A DNA stretch of 64,000 bases from Opisthocomus hoazin (taxonomy: Eukaryota): contig NC_134414.1 of the NCBI RefSeq assembly GCF_030867145.1, positions 22,870,810 through 22,934,809 of the forward strand, read 5' to 3'. The position numbers and the translations under genes are program-made. Position 1 is the first letter of the stretch. Each line of letters starts with the position of its first letter. This document shows positions 33,851 through 46,900 of the stretch, piece after piece. The notes under the pieces are model-generated. The model did not search any database. It saw nothing but the letters and a program-made list of their open reading frames with translations, and was not told the origin of the DNA.

Positions 33851-36780
33851 CATTAATAAATAGCTCAATATATCTTGTTCTTTGTAGATCTAGTTCTCTA
33901 TTTATTGTTAACACAACTATAGAGACAGCTCTGACTACATTTACCAGCCACACAAACACAGAGGAGAACTAACCCAAATCCCTCTTGCTTTAGCAGAGCT
34001 TGCACACCTCAGTCAAAGGCCATCAGTGTTTAAAATTATTTTTACTTTATAAAAGCAACTGATATTTTGGAGTTTCAGAACTATCAGGACTACCAAACCA
34101 AGCTGCATAAATCTCCCTGTAAAACCTTTGTATCTGTCAGTGCTGCAGGTGACACTACGCACCCTACGTGTCCGCAAACTGAACCCTGCCCCAGGTTTCA
34201 CGGAGTGCATGGCCGCAGCCTCGCGGACCAAAGCCTACCGGCTAATCCCGAGGAGTGTTCCGAACCAGAAACTGCAACGCTGACCACACAAGCTGGATTC
34301 TGAGTGCAAGGTATCAGTAACCTCCAGTAGCTCAGACACGTGCAGCGCCATATTAATGGGGCATCACGGTTTCTGGATGTAAGATGCATTATGGCTAGCT
34401 GGATTCTGAGCTGTCGGCCAAGAGGCTTTGTACATACACTTGAAGTTCTTTAAAAACATGTTAACATACAAGAGGAATTATGCGAGGAATTGCATTATCT
34501 GAAGGAAAGTTTTAGTTGAAGTACAGAAGCAGATTACATTAAATTGCAACTGTGAACAAAAAGAGGGCTCCTAATTTCAGTAACTGCTGAATAAAGCCAA
34601 ATATCCTAATACATACCTTGTATGAACACTTGGTTTAGGATTCCCTTTTGTATGCACAGGACAGCAGAAGGATTCTGCACAAGCCAGTCTTCATCTGCAT
34701 TTTAAGATTTTAATAGTAACCTAAAAAAATAAACAGACAGTAACTAACTGCAACACTTCAAGCAAACTACAAAATACAGTAGCTTCACTTTTCAAATACC
34801 CGTAAGTATAATACAGAGAAATAAAACATAATAAAACTTCACATCACCAGAAAAAAAAATCCATTTATTCTCTACCCATTCTCACCCTTCAGTTGTTACT
34901 ACACAGATGTCTCTAAAGATTTTAAATTTAATTTTACTACCTCAGCAGTTAAAAAACAGCTGTTCCAAGAACATTAACAAGTTCCTAAATTTGCATACTT
35001 CTGCTTGGAGTAGATTAAGTGCAGTTCTGCTCCAAAGAGCCCTAAGTCATTTCTCTTTGGAAGGTTTTTGACACACTCACTTTAAACACAATACGGTCTT
35101 CTTCTAGGCCTGCCAGTGCATGTGGCCAAAGTGACATTCCACCCTCCTCACTTCATTGCCACCACAATAATTAGGATCCCAGCACACAACACAGAGTTAT
35201 TAACGACACCTGAGAACTAACTGCTCTCACTGTAGTTGCACTGAAGGTATGGAAGCACAAATAGTCTCCTCCCTGTGCGGTACAGCAATTTAAGAGATTC
35301 TTAAAAGGTGCAAAGCTATATACAAAAATGATACAACTGAATTACACTGGAGTAAAATGTTGTCCTACTTGATAGTAACATCTCAGAGCAGAGCTGCACA
35401 CAAGTCTCATTAAAATACATTTCAATACTTAAAAGCATGAGAAATTGATGCAAAAGTTTAAGACTTATTTCAAAAATTCTGCAGTAGACCTGCCTGCATT
35501 TGCAGTAAGTACAGACATTTGCAGGAAGAACAGACAGCAAGTCAGAGTATAATTTTATTCCTGCTACATTTATTAATTCAAATTATTGAAAACATATTTT
35601 TGAAGGCCTAAATAATAACTGAAAGAGTTAGTAAGGGTGTTCACCCTGAACTCTGTGTGTCCTTTTCCAGAGTCCATACGCAAACCATTATCCAAAGTGC
35701 TGAAAACAACAGCTCCCTGCCCCAGTCATTCGGGCTTCAGAACAGCTCTCGCCCACACGCAGACACTCCCTCCTCCCCCGCCCCCAACGGAAACCCCCTC
35801 CCACAAATACCTCCGACTTAAAACAACGTGCGAGCACTGCCATGTTGGGTGGGTTTAAGACAATCCATTCCTCAGGCTGGGGAAGCAGACAGACATGCAC
35901 CGCGGAGCCAAAAAGCCCCAAAGAAACCCCTGTGGGGAAGAAGACTGCTGGGAAAGCCCCCATTACAGCAGCACAAGGGGACGAAGAGCTCTGTAGGCTC
36001 TCACACACAACTTCTTAAAAACAATTTACCAACATCTTGAAGTCCTGCTTGATGACCAGAAAACTTAGTACACCCTGCACAGTGTTTGCTACAGAAGGAA
36101 TGACTTTGGAAAGCCACAGACAGTTGGCACCTTTCAGACTAGCTTCGCTTCAGGAACGGCCCCAAAAAGCAATTCAGGAGTGACACAGGTGCAAACACAA
36201 CCACAAACATTTACCGTAAAGGTAACATTTACCTTATCAGAGAGAGCTGCAAAAAGGCTGAGGCTAGCAGCTCAGAATAAATACAGTTTTAAAGTTGGCA
36301 CAATGTATTGTCTGAATCCTATTAACAGTGCTGTTAATTCATCAGTTCTCCCATTTGCTTCCATCTTTCCCCTCCCCCGTGGTGCAGCTTGCTATATATC
36401 CAATTTCAGAAAATCCTGTTATCTATTCCATAACAGACATTCAGCAAAATGGACACTTTCTTCCTAAAGCAGATGCAACAGCACACAGCCTGCTAACGCT
36501 TTGTAACTAGAGCTATAATTTTGCAAGTGCTAGTATTCAAAATCATTTAGGAGGTCAAATACAAAAATGGCCATAGTGATGACTGTCAGCCTCGGGGACC
36601 AGGCTGGAATTGTCACCTGGACAAACATTAGTGTCCTGGGACATTACCTCCACATGGTGAATCTAGTCCAGCTATTGGTAAGTATGTACCCATCTTAAGG
36701 GGAAGCTACAATCACAAACTTCCCACCTTTCAGTCTGTATTTTAATATTATGAAACAAACATAATAATTAGGTTGTCTAC

Positions 36781-36792
36781 CCCCCCCCCCCA
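36781..36792. repeat. C11-12 homopolymer.
   Basis: Read directly: ctaccccccccccccaatc. Confidence 0.9.
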
Positions 36793-39700
36793 ATCTACAA
36801 AGAGCAAGGCTAAGACTTCCAAGGGCCTAACACAGTCTCTCCAGTTTCCCTAACACCCAGTGTATGTTACCTTCTTCTCCTTGGCCACACAGATTTACCG
36901 AAGAGAAAGCAGTGAGCCAGGTTCTTGGCAACTAGTAGTGACAGAACTGTAGCCAAATAAATCTGGTAGGTTTTTGAAGACAGCCCCTAAAACCAGCCAG
37001 TAAGACGATATGGTAGTGTTACAAATTAATCATTTACCATAACTCAAATACTCAAAGTGATTTGGGGGGGATTTTAAACAATCTGCCTCTGCACTACTAC
37101 TTCAGGATTCTCTTTCTACAAGAAATTAAGATCATTCCAACCTTTCTACCCTACATAAATGCTACCGTTTATGATTAACAGTAATTACTTTGTTAGACCT
37201 GAATGTAACCTAGCAGCTAGTGCTGAAAAAGGGGGATTTGTAAGAGTGAGCAGGAACACAGCAAATAGTTTTTCAAAGTAACAGACTCTAAATCATCTTC
37301 ATGCATACGATAAAGCTTTTCTTTAAATTAAAGCTCAAAGTGGATACGGTGCCAAGCAAAATGAATCTGCAGTTTTGTAAAAGGCTAACAGCATGATCAA
37401 CACGCCTCTTCTGATAAGAACAGATGCATCACGCACAAACTGAGCGATACTGTGCATATACTGTGCCATTGTCAAGGAAAACTGAAAACCAGCTCCTCAG
37501 TACAGCCTGTCTCAAGTAGCACACACTCAGCGTAGCACAGTACTCCCCACTACCGTCTTTCCAGCACAGAACTGCTATGCCAGACAAGCTCCAAGCTGTC
37601 CCAGCACCATACCAGGCAGCAACAGCCACGACAATCTACAACACTGACAGACGTTTTATATTTACCTTGCACACTGGTACTAGGCAGCTTCAGTGGCTTG
37701 ACTGACAGAACAGGTTGGGGTTTGTGTTATTTTTTTTAAAAAGGATTTTTGGTGACCTCTGTAACAAAGAGCTTCCCCCCACCCCCACCCCGTATTTCCC
37801 CCTTTATTTTATGTCTACTTTAAGAATTACCTAGCAACACAGAACAGCAGCCTGGGTAAATTTTGCCTTCCACTGAAATGGACCACAGGACATTTTGCAC
37901 CAGCAGGCACAGGTATCATTCTGAGAGTAGCAGAGCCACTATCCATCACACAGAAAGGAAGAACTCCTCCAATGCCGAGCTGTTCTCAGGAAAACACACA
38001 ATCCCTTGTGGCCACTTATTTGGGGTTTCCAAAGGGAACCCGAGATGATCCGCAGAGCTGTGTTCATGTTTGCATTTGTTCAGGTCTACCTATCAAAAGG
38101 TAACAGATAACAATGTTGACTGCCGACATACTAACAGAAGATACAGCGCTAGACATTTTTAAACGCTCAAGCAATCTTTTCCTTCCCATTCTTTTCTTAG
38201 TTTTTACTCAAGTCTGGCTAACCCGCTCACCTTAACCATGAGTAGCCCCTGCTGAGGACAAAAGCACACATTTGCAACAATAAAACCATCAGAGAGTAAA
38301 CCAGTTGTCCCCTCGGCATCACTGCATGGCTGCCAGTGATTACAGGAGACAAACGGCAATATAACCTTTCCCAGCCCTATGTTCCCCAAATTCTCTCCTT
38401 AAGAGCACACACTTGCAGACAGCCAGAAGCAAGTAAGTATTTAGGGGAAAAGTGAACATTACCAAATCAAGGCTCAAAAGGAAAATTCCTAGAAAACGTT
38501 CCTAGAAAAAAGTTCCTAGAAACAAAAAGGTAAATATTACTTGAACTGAGCCAACAAGGCATTCAATTTCCTTGACAAGACTATTAAAAATATTTTACAT
38601 AGAATTTCACAGCTTTCAATTTATAAGGTAGAAGGTATCTGAAGTTAGCATTTTAAGATGAATGAGGTAAGTGAGTATTCCTCTTCTGGAATCAGATTTC
38701 AAAAAAGAAAAAACAGTGGCAGTTAGTAGTGTCTAGGTAATACACCCACACCAGTGACAATACTACAATCAAGGGACATTTATTTTTCTGTTTTGTCTGG
38801 ATTGCAAAACTTCACAAGTTAAACTTTCTTCGGCATCTGGGGAATGATCAGCATGTCTGAAAATATTTAAACAGAAAGGACAAAGATTTCATCTGCACAG
38901 CTTAAGCAAGGTCTGAATTTGAAGACACTGAAATTTGTAAGTACTTTCTGAATGTAATAAAAATTGTTCATTTGCAAGTCACTATGTTCCCAGATGTAAG
39001 ACTGCATTTAATGCAAAAAGAGTATTTTTATTTTTTCTTGTAGAAAAGATAGCAACTCAATTCCCTGTTTTTGAATACGGCCCCGTCCCCTATATTGCTC
39101 ACTAACACTCCCATGTCCAGTTGAGGAACCAACAGCACCAGAATAGCTGGCTGATCAGACTGATTTTTGTAATTATCCATTCTGTGTTTGTTGTCATTAA
39201 CGCAGCAGCAATGTCTTCAGATGCTCAGATTTCTACTTTCCATGACTCTGTTCATGCTGAGCAGCTTGGAAAAACATCCGAGCAGCAGTGTCATGTTCTC
39301 CATTCTGAACTCACAGGCCCTGTTACACAGATGCGAAGCTCCTGAGCGTTTTGATACTCTACCTTGTCAGGAAACAGCTAAGAAGTACAAAACTGTTGAA
39401 GGAGCAAGAGAGTAACCTTTAACCCTCATCACCTCTTTCACCTAGAAATAATGACGTGTAGATGTGACTTTACCAATTAACAAAGAAAACTTAAGAATCC
39501 TGACAGATCAGAAGCATCGGAAAGCACTGCATCACTCAGCATTGGAAGTTACAGTTAGAATTTCATGAGCTTGTTTTATGTCAGGTTCTAGAAATTCTGA
39601 GTGAGTTCACTTATCACAGAAACTTACGGCTTGTTTATATACAGAGTTTGAAACAAATTTAGAAAAGTCTGCTGCACACCAGATATAGTTAAACCAGCAC

Positions 39701-40619
39701 AGCTAGCATAGTGTTAAGTAGCAGCAGTATTGCTCTACTTGCGTTACACACTGTGCAAGCAAGTTTACAACTATGCGATGAGAGAACCTCTAAGAAAATT
39801 TTAGACAGTTAAGTAGCCAGGCATTTAGTATATTTACTAATATCAATTTAGTTTGATTTCAAAATAATTTTTTTAATTGCTTTAAAGTAGCAAAAATGTG
39901 TATAGGCAAAGCCTAAGAGAAAGTCTTATCAGATTTTACCGTTTTAAAACTAAGGGATATCAGCATAAACTTTGTATTATAGAAAAATACTTATATATAG
40001 TTGAGATGTGATGACCTCACTAGTTTGAGGATAATTTGGATCTTTCAAAAACTAGGGGGAAATCTCGTTTCAAGGGAAACTTCCTAAAATGTGCATAATC
40101 CAACTTTCTCCAATTTAAAAAACCCAGCACTCCTAAGGAATCACAAAACTCACCAATACACAGGGCATTTGCTTCTGGAGTGTTAGCAATGCTGCTTTAC
40201 ACAACTTCACACAACGCTCCCCACTCCCTCCTGTAGGACTCCTTACCTGTCATTTCTGCAGCAGGTGCCAAGTTAGGCCAGTGTCCTAACCTCCTCTTCC
40301 AAAATAATGGCAGCAGAATTGATTATCTTTGTGGGGCTAAAATCTCTGAAGCCATAAGACTGTGCTGGGGGAAAGGGCAGGACAAGCTGTGGTCGCATGG
40401 TCCTTATAAAGAGCAACAACTCAAGATTCACTCAGAGAGCTTTCATCTTTGAAGTGTTTCACTTGAAAACGTAAAATTTAACAATACTAAGCAATGCATA
40501 GATCTATATGAAATGAAACCTAGTAAGGAAGCATTCAAATACCTAAGCACATAGTAGGATTTTAATGTTAATTCAAATAAAGTTCAATAAAGTCAAAGCT
40601 TTACTTAGATGACAGAATC

Positions 40620-40870
40620 ACAGAAGGGTTAATGTGGGACCTCTTCAGGTCATCTGGTCCAACCCCCTGCTCCAGCAGGGCCACCTACAGCTGGCTGCCC
40701 AGGACCTTGTCCAGACAGCTTTTGATATCTCCCAGTATGGAGGCTCCACAACCTCCCTGGGCAACCTGTGCCAGTGCTCCATCACCCTCACACTAAAAAC
40801 ATGTTTCCTGACATTCAGACACAGCCATCTGTGTTTCAGTTTGTGCCCACTGCCTCTCATCCTGTCAGAA
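40620..40870 (-). mobile_element. CR1 3' fragment on the minus strand (antisense cagaatcacagaagggttaatgtgggacctcttcaggtcatctggtccaacc…ctccctgggcaacctgtgccagtgctccatcaccctcacactaaaaacatgtttcc).
   Basis: Antisense CR1 terminal motif followed by the antisense ORF2-end block (ctgggcaacctgtgccagtgc). Confidence 0.85.
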
Positions 40871-43859
40871 GACTTGGTAATTCATTGTGAAATTAAGTAA
40901 TTTCCTTCCTATGCTAACTCTGCTGGGTGGCAATTTTTATCTCTGATTACTTCATGACAAACACAGAACACCAACTTCTAACTTCCAATAATGCGGTATT
41001 TGGTAGAAAAAAAGAAAAATATTACATTAGATTTGAAATACAAAGGAAATGGAATTTGTATTTCAAGACAAAGACAACAGAACAGCATTAATAAACTGCA
41101 GGGTATCTGCATATGCTTCATCACATATCGGTCTACTGACTAATGACTTACCTGTTTACAAAAAAACCCACCATAAACCAATGCTGAAAAAAGGTACCAT
41201 TTCTCATGCAAACTTGTGGGTTTTAGAGATGAAGGCATTTACCGGTCTGTTTCAATGCGACATAACTAGTCCTGGCAACAACCAAGCCTGCACTTGCCCA
41301 GTCTTAAGAAGATTACTGTTCAGACCTGGGCTAAAAGTTGTGCACCACACTACCAAAGAACCTGTGAACATTTCTAAGGCAGAATATGTGGTGAACTCAA
41401 CCGCACAGAACTGATGTGCAGAGATTCTCTACTTGCTACGGTTGTACAAACCTCATTGTCTGGCAAGCTGGGGCTCAAACTTGCCTTTTTGTCCTTCACT
41501 TGGACAACTGGACATACTGCTGATGCTGCGCTAAGATTTACCTGAACTTTCTACTAACATTTTACTTTCCTTATTTTAGTAGAAGTGGCTACTATGTGTA
41601 AGATAAAGTTATTGTTCCTACCCAAAATGATATGGCTTTCCGAGTATCAAACACTAAAAAAAAGCATTAAGCCTTGGCTCTCACCTACGCAGAGGTAAGG
41701 AAGCACCTGCTAACATGTAATGAAGAGGACAGAAAAGCACAGTATTAGGAATAATTTCATCTCTGAGTAACAGATTTAACTATCTGGCATCTCAGTGTAT
41801 GTTAGGAGTATTAAAATTAACCCTTCCACCATCTACCCCCGTTAAAAGACACTCCAGTAGGCTACAGCTTTCTTCACTTGAGAACAAAGTACAAAGGCCT
41901 TAATGACACAACTACATTTGCACAGGACTAAGCCAAAATCACCTGGTAAGAAATAGGGAACTTCCTCTTGTTATCATCTTACATACAAAGGCAGGCACTT
42001 GGCATCATACTCAAGACTAAAATATTTTTCAATCGAAGAGATTGACTGTTGGCGCTATTCTTCATCATGGTTCATTCAGATTTCAAACATGCAAGCTCAT
42101 ACGACAATTCTCACATTAAAAATATGCATTTAAAAATATGTTATCAAAACTCTGTCAAGTGACAAATTTGTAAATGTCAACAAATTAATGAGAAAATGGT
42201 TATGAACATAGACTAGAACATAAAAATTACTTCAATTACCTGTTTGTGACTTCTGATGTACACAAAAAATCAATTCTAAGACACTAGAAACACCATCTGC
42301 ATAAGCAAGCAGCAGCTTCTCCAACGAAGTCCGAATTTCAACCCGAAGTTCTGCACACCGATGCATCAATTTCTTTGAAAGGTTAACAGAACATTTACCT
42401 GTTACCAGGTTCTTCCACTACTTTTTACGGACTGTCTTCAGAGCTCACAGTTTGATCTCCTATTCTGCTCAAAAATGGTTCTTGCTTCTCACAGCTTTAT
42501 TTCCACCTTACTTCAAAACCTATTTCGGTCAACTTACTTTCATTTTGAGCTCTGCAAAATCTCACATCTGATCAGCATCTGATTACCAAGTATGCCCTCA
42601 CGGGGTATATTTATGCATACATTTTGAATGATTCTAGTTTACACCATACTGCGTAAACTAAAATAAATGCAGATATCGAAATAGGTTAAAGGGGAACCTC
42701 AAAACCTGGAGTTAGACCCAGATCTTCACATCTTTATTACAAAATTAGGGTATCAGACTGAAGTAATCATCCAACAGATTTATTTTCTGTAACACACCTT
42801 GAATTATTGAAGGAATTCGTTGTTGACAGTACAAGTGTAACCGGTTTGTATTTTTTTTTGTGTGTGTATTTCTTCAGGCTCTACTCCAGCTTGCTCAGAC
42901 CAATACCTCATTTGAGAATACCACATTTATAATTACAGGTAACATTTCAAAGTGCACTGCAATGACTGCAAAGGTGTAAACTAAGACGACTGTAGCTGGG
43001 AAGAGCAAATGTCGATTTAAGCGCTCCATGACTACACCACCCAACCCCCAGCTGCAGTAGCTGCCATTGCGCAACTGATATTTGCTAAGCAGAAGAGATG
43101 AAGACTTTGAAAAGCATCCTTGTAGCCATAAAGGAACTTGAGGCAGGTGAAGCAACTGCTGCACCCGAAGCGACCGAAGGCAGCAGCATACTCAAAGGAC
43201 TGGGAAGGCTACGACAGTCGTGGAAGGCTATGACAGTCGTGGAGCTGTATGCGCACCCCATCAGCAGACAAGCTACCCCAGGTGCTGACTGTTCAACCAC
43301 TCAGATCACCATGGCAAGATAATCACGTTCTTCATAAACTTAAATCCTCACAGTCCTATTCTTGTTTTGTCACCATCAAAGCAAAGATGACTTTTTCCTG
43401 CAATGAGAGGAGGACGAGATTTGGGCAGCATTTGTTTTTAAGCAGGAGCTCTCTAAACTCATGACAGAAGTCCTCTACTGGAAGCATCAATAAACGAAGT
43501 TACACTTATTTGAACTTCAGTCCTTTCCCAGCACAATTTTGTCTTGTATATTTAGCCTTTCCCTGCATGCCACTAATAAAGTTCCACCTCTGTTCCTTTA
43601 AGGTTATGTAAACAAAAGCTAACAACATGACAAAATGTAGCCAACTCTCCAATAACATTACTCTTCTCCGTAACTTAAACACAGGCTTTCAGACTTTTGT
43701 CCATTAAAGCATGTATTTTATTTACATGTTTACATTGAACTAGTTTAACTTATAGCAGAACTCTGAAACAACATTTAAGAACTTTAGATTAAGCGTATCA
43801 AGAGTCATATTCAAGCTTTTTAATTCTATAATAGCTTTCAAAATTCTAGAAGAAACTGA

Positions 43860-43995
43860 AAGATGAAGTCAAACCACATCTTCACGCTTTTCCATATTAA
43901 TATCTCCCCATCTATAAATCCATGAAGAGCACTTATCTACTTTTAATTTTCCATATTAGTATTTCCACGCACCTATAAGTCAAGAAAAGGTACCT
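43860..43995. repeat. Imperfect tandem duplication, unit about 65 bp, two copies (…cgcttttccatattaatatctcc… / …ttttccatattagtatttccacgc…).
   Basis: Repeated ttccatattaRtatYtcc blocks with similar downstream context. Confidence 0.5.
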
Positions 43996-46900
43996 ATCTT
44001 TTTTTTAAGCGCTCATGTATTCTGTCACTTAATTATTGTGTATTGATTTACACAAAAGAGAAAGTTTAAATTAAATTAATCCAGAATGAAATGTCCCCCC
44101 CCAAAAGAGCCATCAATCTTTTTTCAACAACACAACAGGTTAAGAATACATACATGATATTCATATACTAACAGCACACATACGGAGGTATGTAATGACT
44201 TGCCAAATCATATAAAGAACTGTTTTTACTGTTCTTCTGACACCTGATTCTTTCCTGTAACCCATTTACATCAAGTTTAGTATTATAACTCCCAAAATAA
44301 AGATTTATATAGCTCCTGTCTTCCACATCATCAGGAAAAGTTATAGCCTTTTAACAACAGAAGAAAACCTGGAATACAGAATAGGAAAGAAAGTCCTAAA
44401 TGGAATGGATGAGGACACCCAGTGACCATCTTCAAAGACGAATGATTTGGCCCAATCCTATAGTCAGTGCACCACATTACTTCCTCGCATCACTTCTAAA
44501 GCTTTGCAGAAGCTTGCAGAATTATCACCATAATACTAGCAGGATGTTAGGGCTGAGTCACAATGTCCTCAATGTTAGACCAGTGAAAGATTCAGGGCTC
44601 AAACGCTTCACAAATACATACTATCTCTAGCAAAACAAAGTTTTCACATCTTTAAAAACACACCAGCTTCCTTGACACTGGACAGTTTTGAAGATACCAG
44701 ATTTTCAAACAATTTTGATTACTTTTTTTTTTTCACAAGAATACAAAGACGTTTCTACATTACCAGTTTTCCCACCTAAGGCCTCAAGAATTAAACAACA
44801 TATAATAATCAATCCCTTGTCCTCCCCCAAAAATCTAAATGAACACTTTCAAACCTGTGAGTATTTCTGCCAGTATTACAGCAATAAAGCAGAAATGCCA
44901 GTGTAGTATATCAAGGTTCTGGGCCCAGTATTTTAAAAATAGTATTTATTTCCCAAAAAGGATCAGACACCTGGGAAATTCAAGTTTACGGTTAACTGGA
45001 AGAAGAAAGACACGTGAAAGAATTCATTTTGCAAGAAGTAAGAATAATGCTCAAGATCAGCTTTTATCCAAGCAGGATTAAAGGCACAACATGTTTGGCT
45101 TGAATCACTTGAACTATCCTACTTTTTGATATTCATACTACATGACATCACCTCCAGTAAAGTGCATGTGCCTAATTGAACCACGTTTATTTTTGAGATG
45201 CTAACAATAAATTAACACTTATAAGCAGGTAAAATACGACAAATTATATTTCTAAGTCTTTAGAACATTTTGCACAATGGTTCCAATTTAAAGAGTAAAA
45301 AAGTGCATGCCCAGTAACATAATGCAACTGAAAACAGGAGCACGATTTCTCCACAGATTTTCATTTTCCCCTGACCCCCAGTGGACTGGCTTACTCTCAT
45401 TCAATACAATTTTAAAAGTTTCACTTTAAATATTATGAAACTCAAACTGGGTTTTTTTACACGTTTACTACAACTTGGGGAGTTACAGTACTATTGGGAG
45501 TAAACATCAAGTCATTTGTGATTAATTTACTGTCTTGTACACATGCTCATGATTAAAATAATATTATCTATGGAAACAAAACTTTGGAATTTTTTTATCT
45601 TTAATACTCAAATGGCTCATAAGCAGGAAAAAAATATCGTCATAATCATGCAGGAAAGTATACCAAGTGATTTTATTCTCTTGTGCCAGGTGCCATTTTA
45701 GAAAAAGTAAGAGGCATCCAGGACTCCCATTTACTTTCCTAATAAACACCTTTTCAAGACTTGCTAGTTTTTCCCCATATGCAATTAAAAAAAACTTACT
45801 TTGCTTAAAACATGCACAGTGAATACAAAACAGAAAGCAATCTTAGCAATGAAAAATGGTCCTAAACAAGTTACACAATACTAAACAAATGCTCTAGTAC
45901 CCCCTTCTACAGATATTTGCATTCAGCAGTGTGAATAAAATACGAAACTGTACACAACTGTGATACAAGAACGATGCTGAACATGCATTAAGTGGTATTA
46001 TGAAAACTACACAAAGCATAACATAGAAACGATCAACGGGCACATATACCAAAATGGTTCTAAAAGCATAGCCATCCCAACTGCCAAGTTGACATAATTT
46101 TCACTCTTAAACCAGTAATTCAATATATGACGATTATTTTATACATTTTCTTTCAAAAATCTGAACATTTAATTCTTGAAATGTAATAACTGAATTCTTC
46201 ACACACTAAGGCAGAAACTTTATTCGTACTATCTGGCACAGCTCTGCTTCTGAAAATGTCAGATATGGAACTGCTACTGATACAATGCTGGAAGTTCTAG
46301 AAGCACAATGCACCACATTGGAACAAAACTGAAGATGAACTACTGTTTCATTATTAAACTTTTCCTTCTGTGAGTTCTGGAAAAGGTTTTTGATTTGAAG
46401 ACGACAAACTGGAGCTGCAGCTTACCTTTCCATGCTCCATCCCTTAAAAGTGGAACATTATATATGTAACAATGGAGTGCTATTGTATCAAAGAGTGAAG
46501 AATGTTAGCATTTTAAAAGACAATACTTCCCATCTTTGCAACTGCAGTTTACATATTTTCTTCCAAGAAAAACTACATGTGAATACTCTTGCTTCTCTAA
46601 AGCAACTGTGTATGTCATCTTTCCTGGAGAAATCATGAAGGACACTATTTTGCTTATTTTACTGGCTTGCATGTAACCTTCTTGGCAACTGCAGAAAGTG
46701 AACAGACAGATCAAACTCACATATAATTTGTCTCAACATATTAGTGTATGTTTTTTCTTCATCACTTCAAATACATGTCCTCTTGGGCCAACTACCACTA
46801 TGAATAAAAAACACAACCATGCTATTCAGGCATCTAAAGCCCTAAACACATTTCTTACCTATTCATGCTAAGCGATGTACTTCTTAAAAGTACTGAAAAG

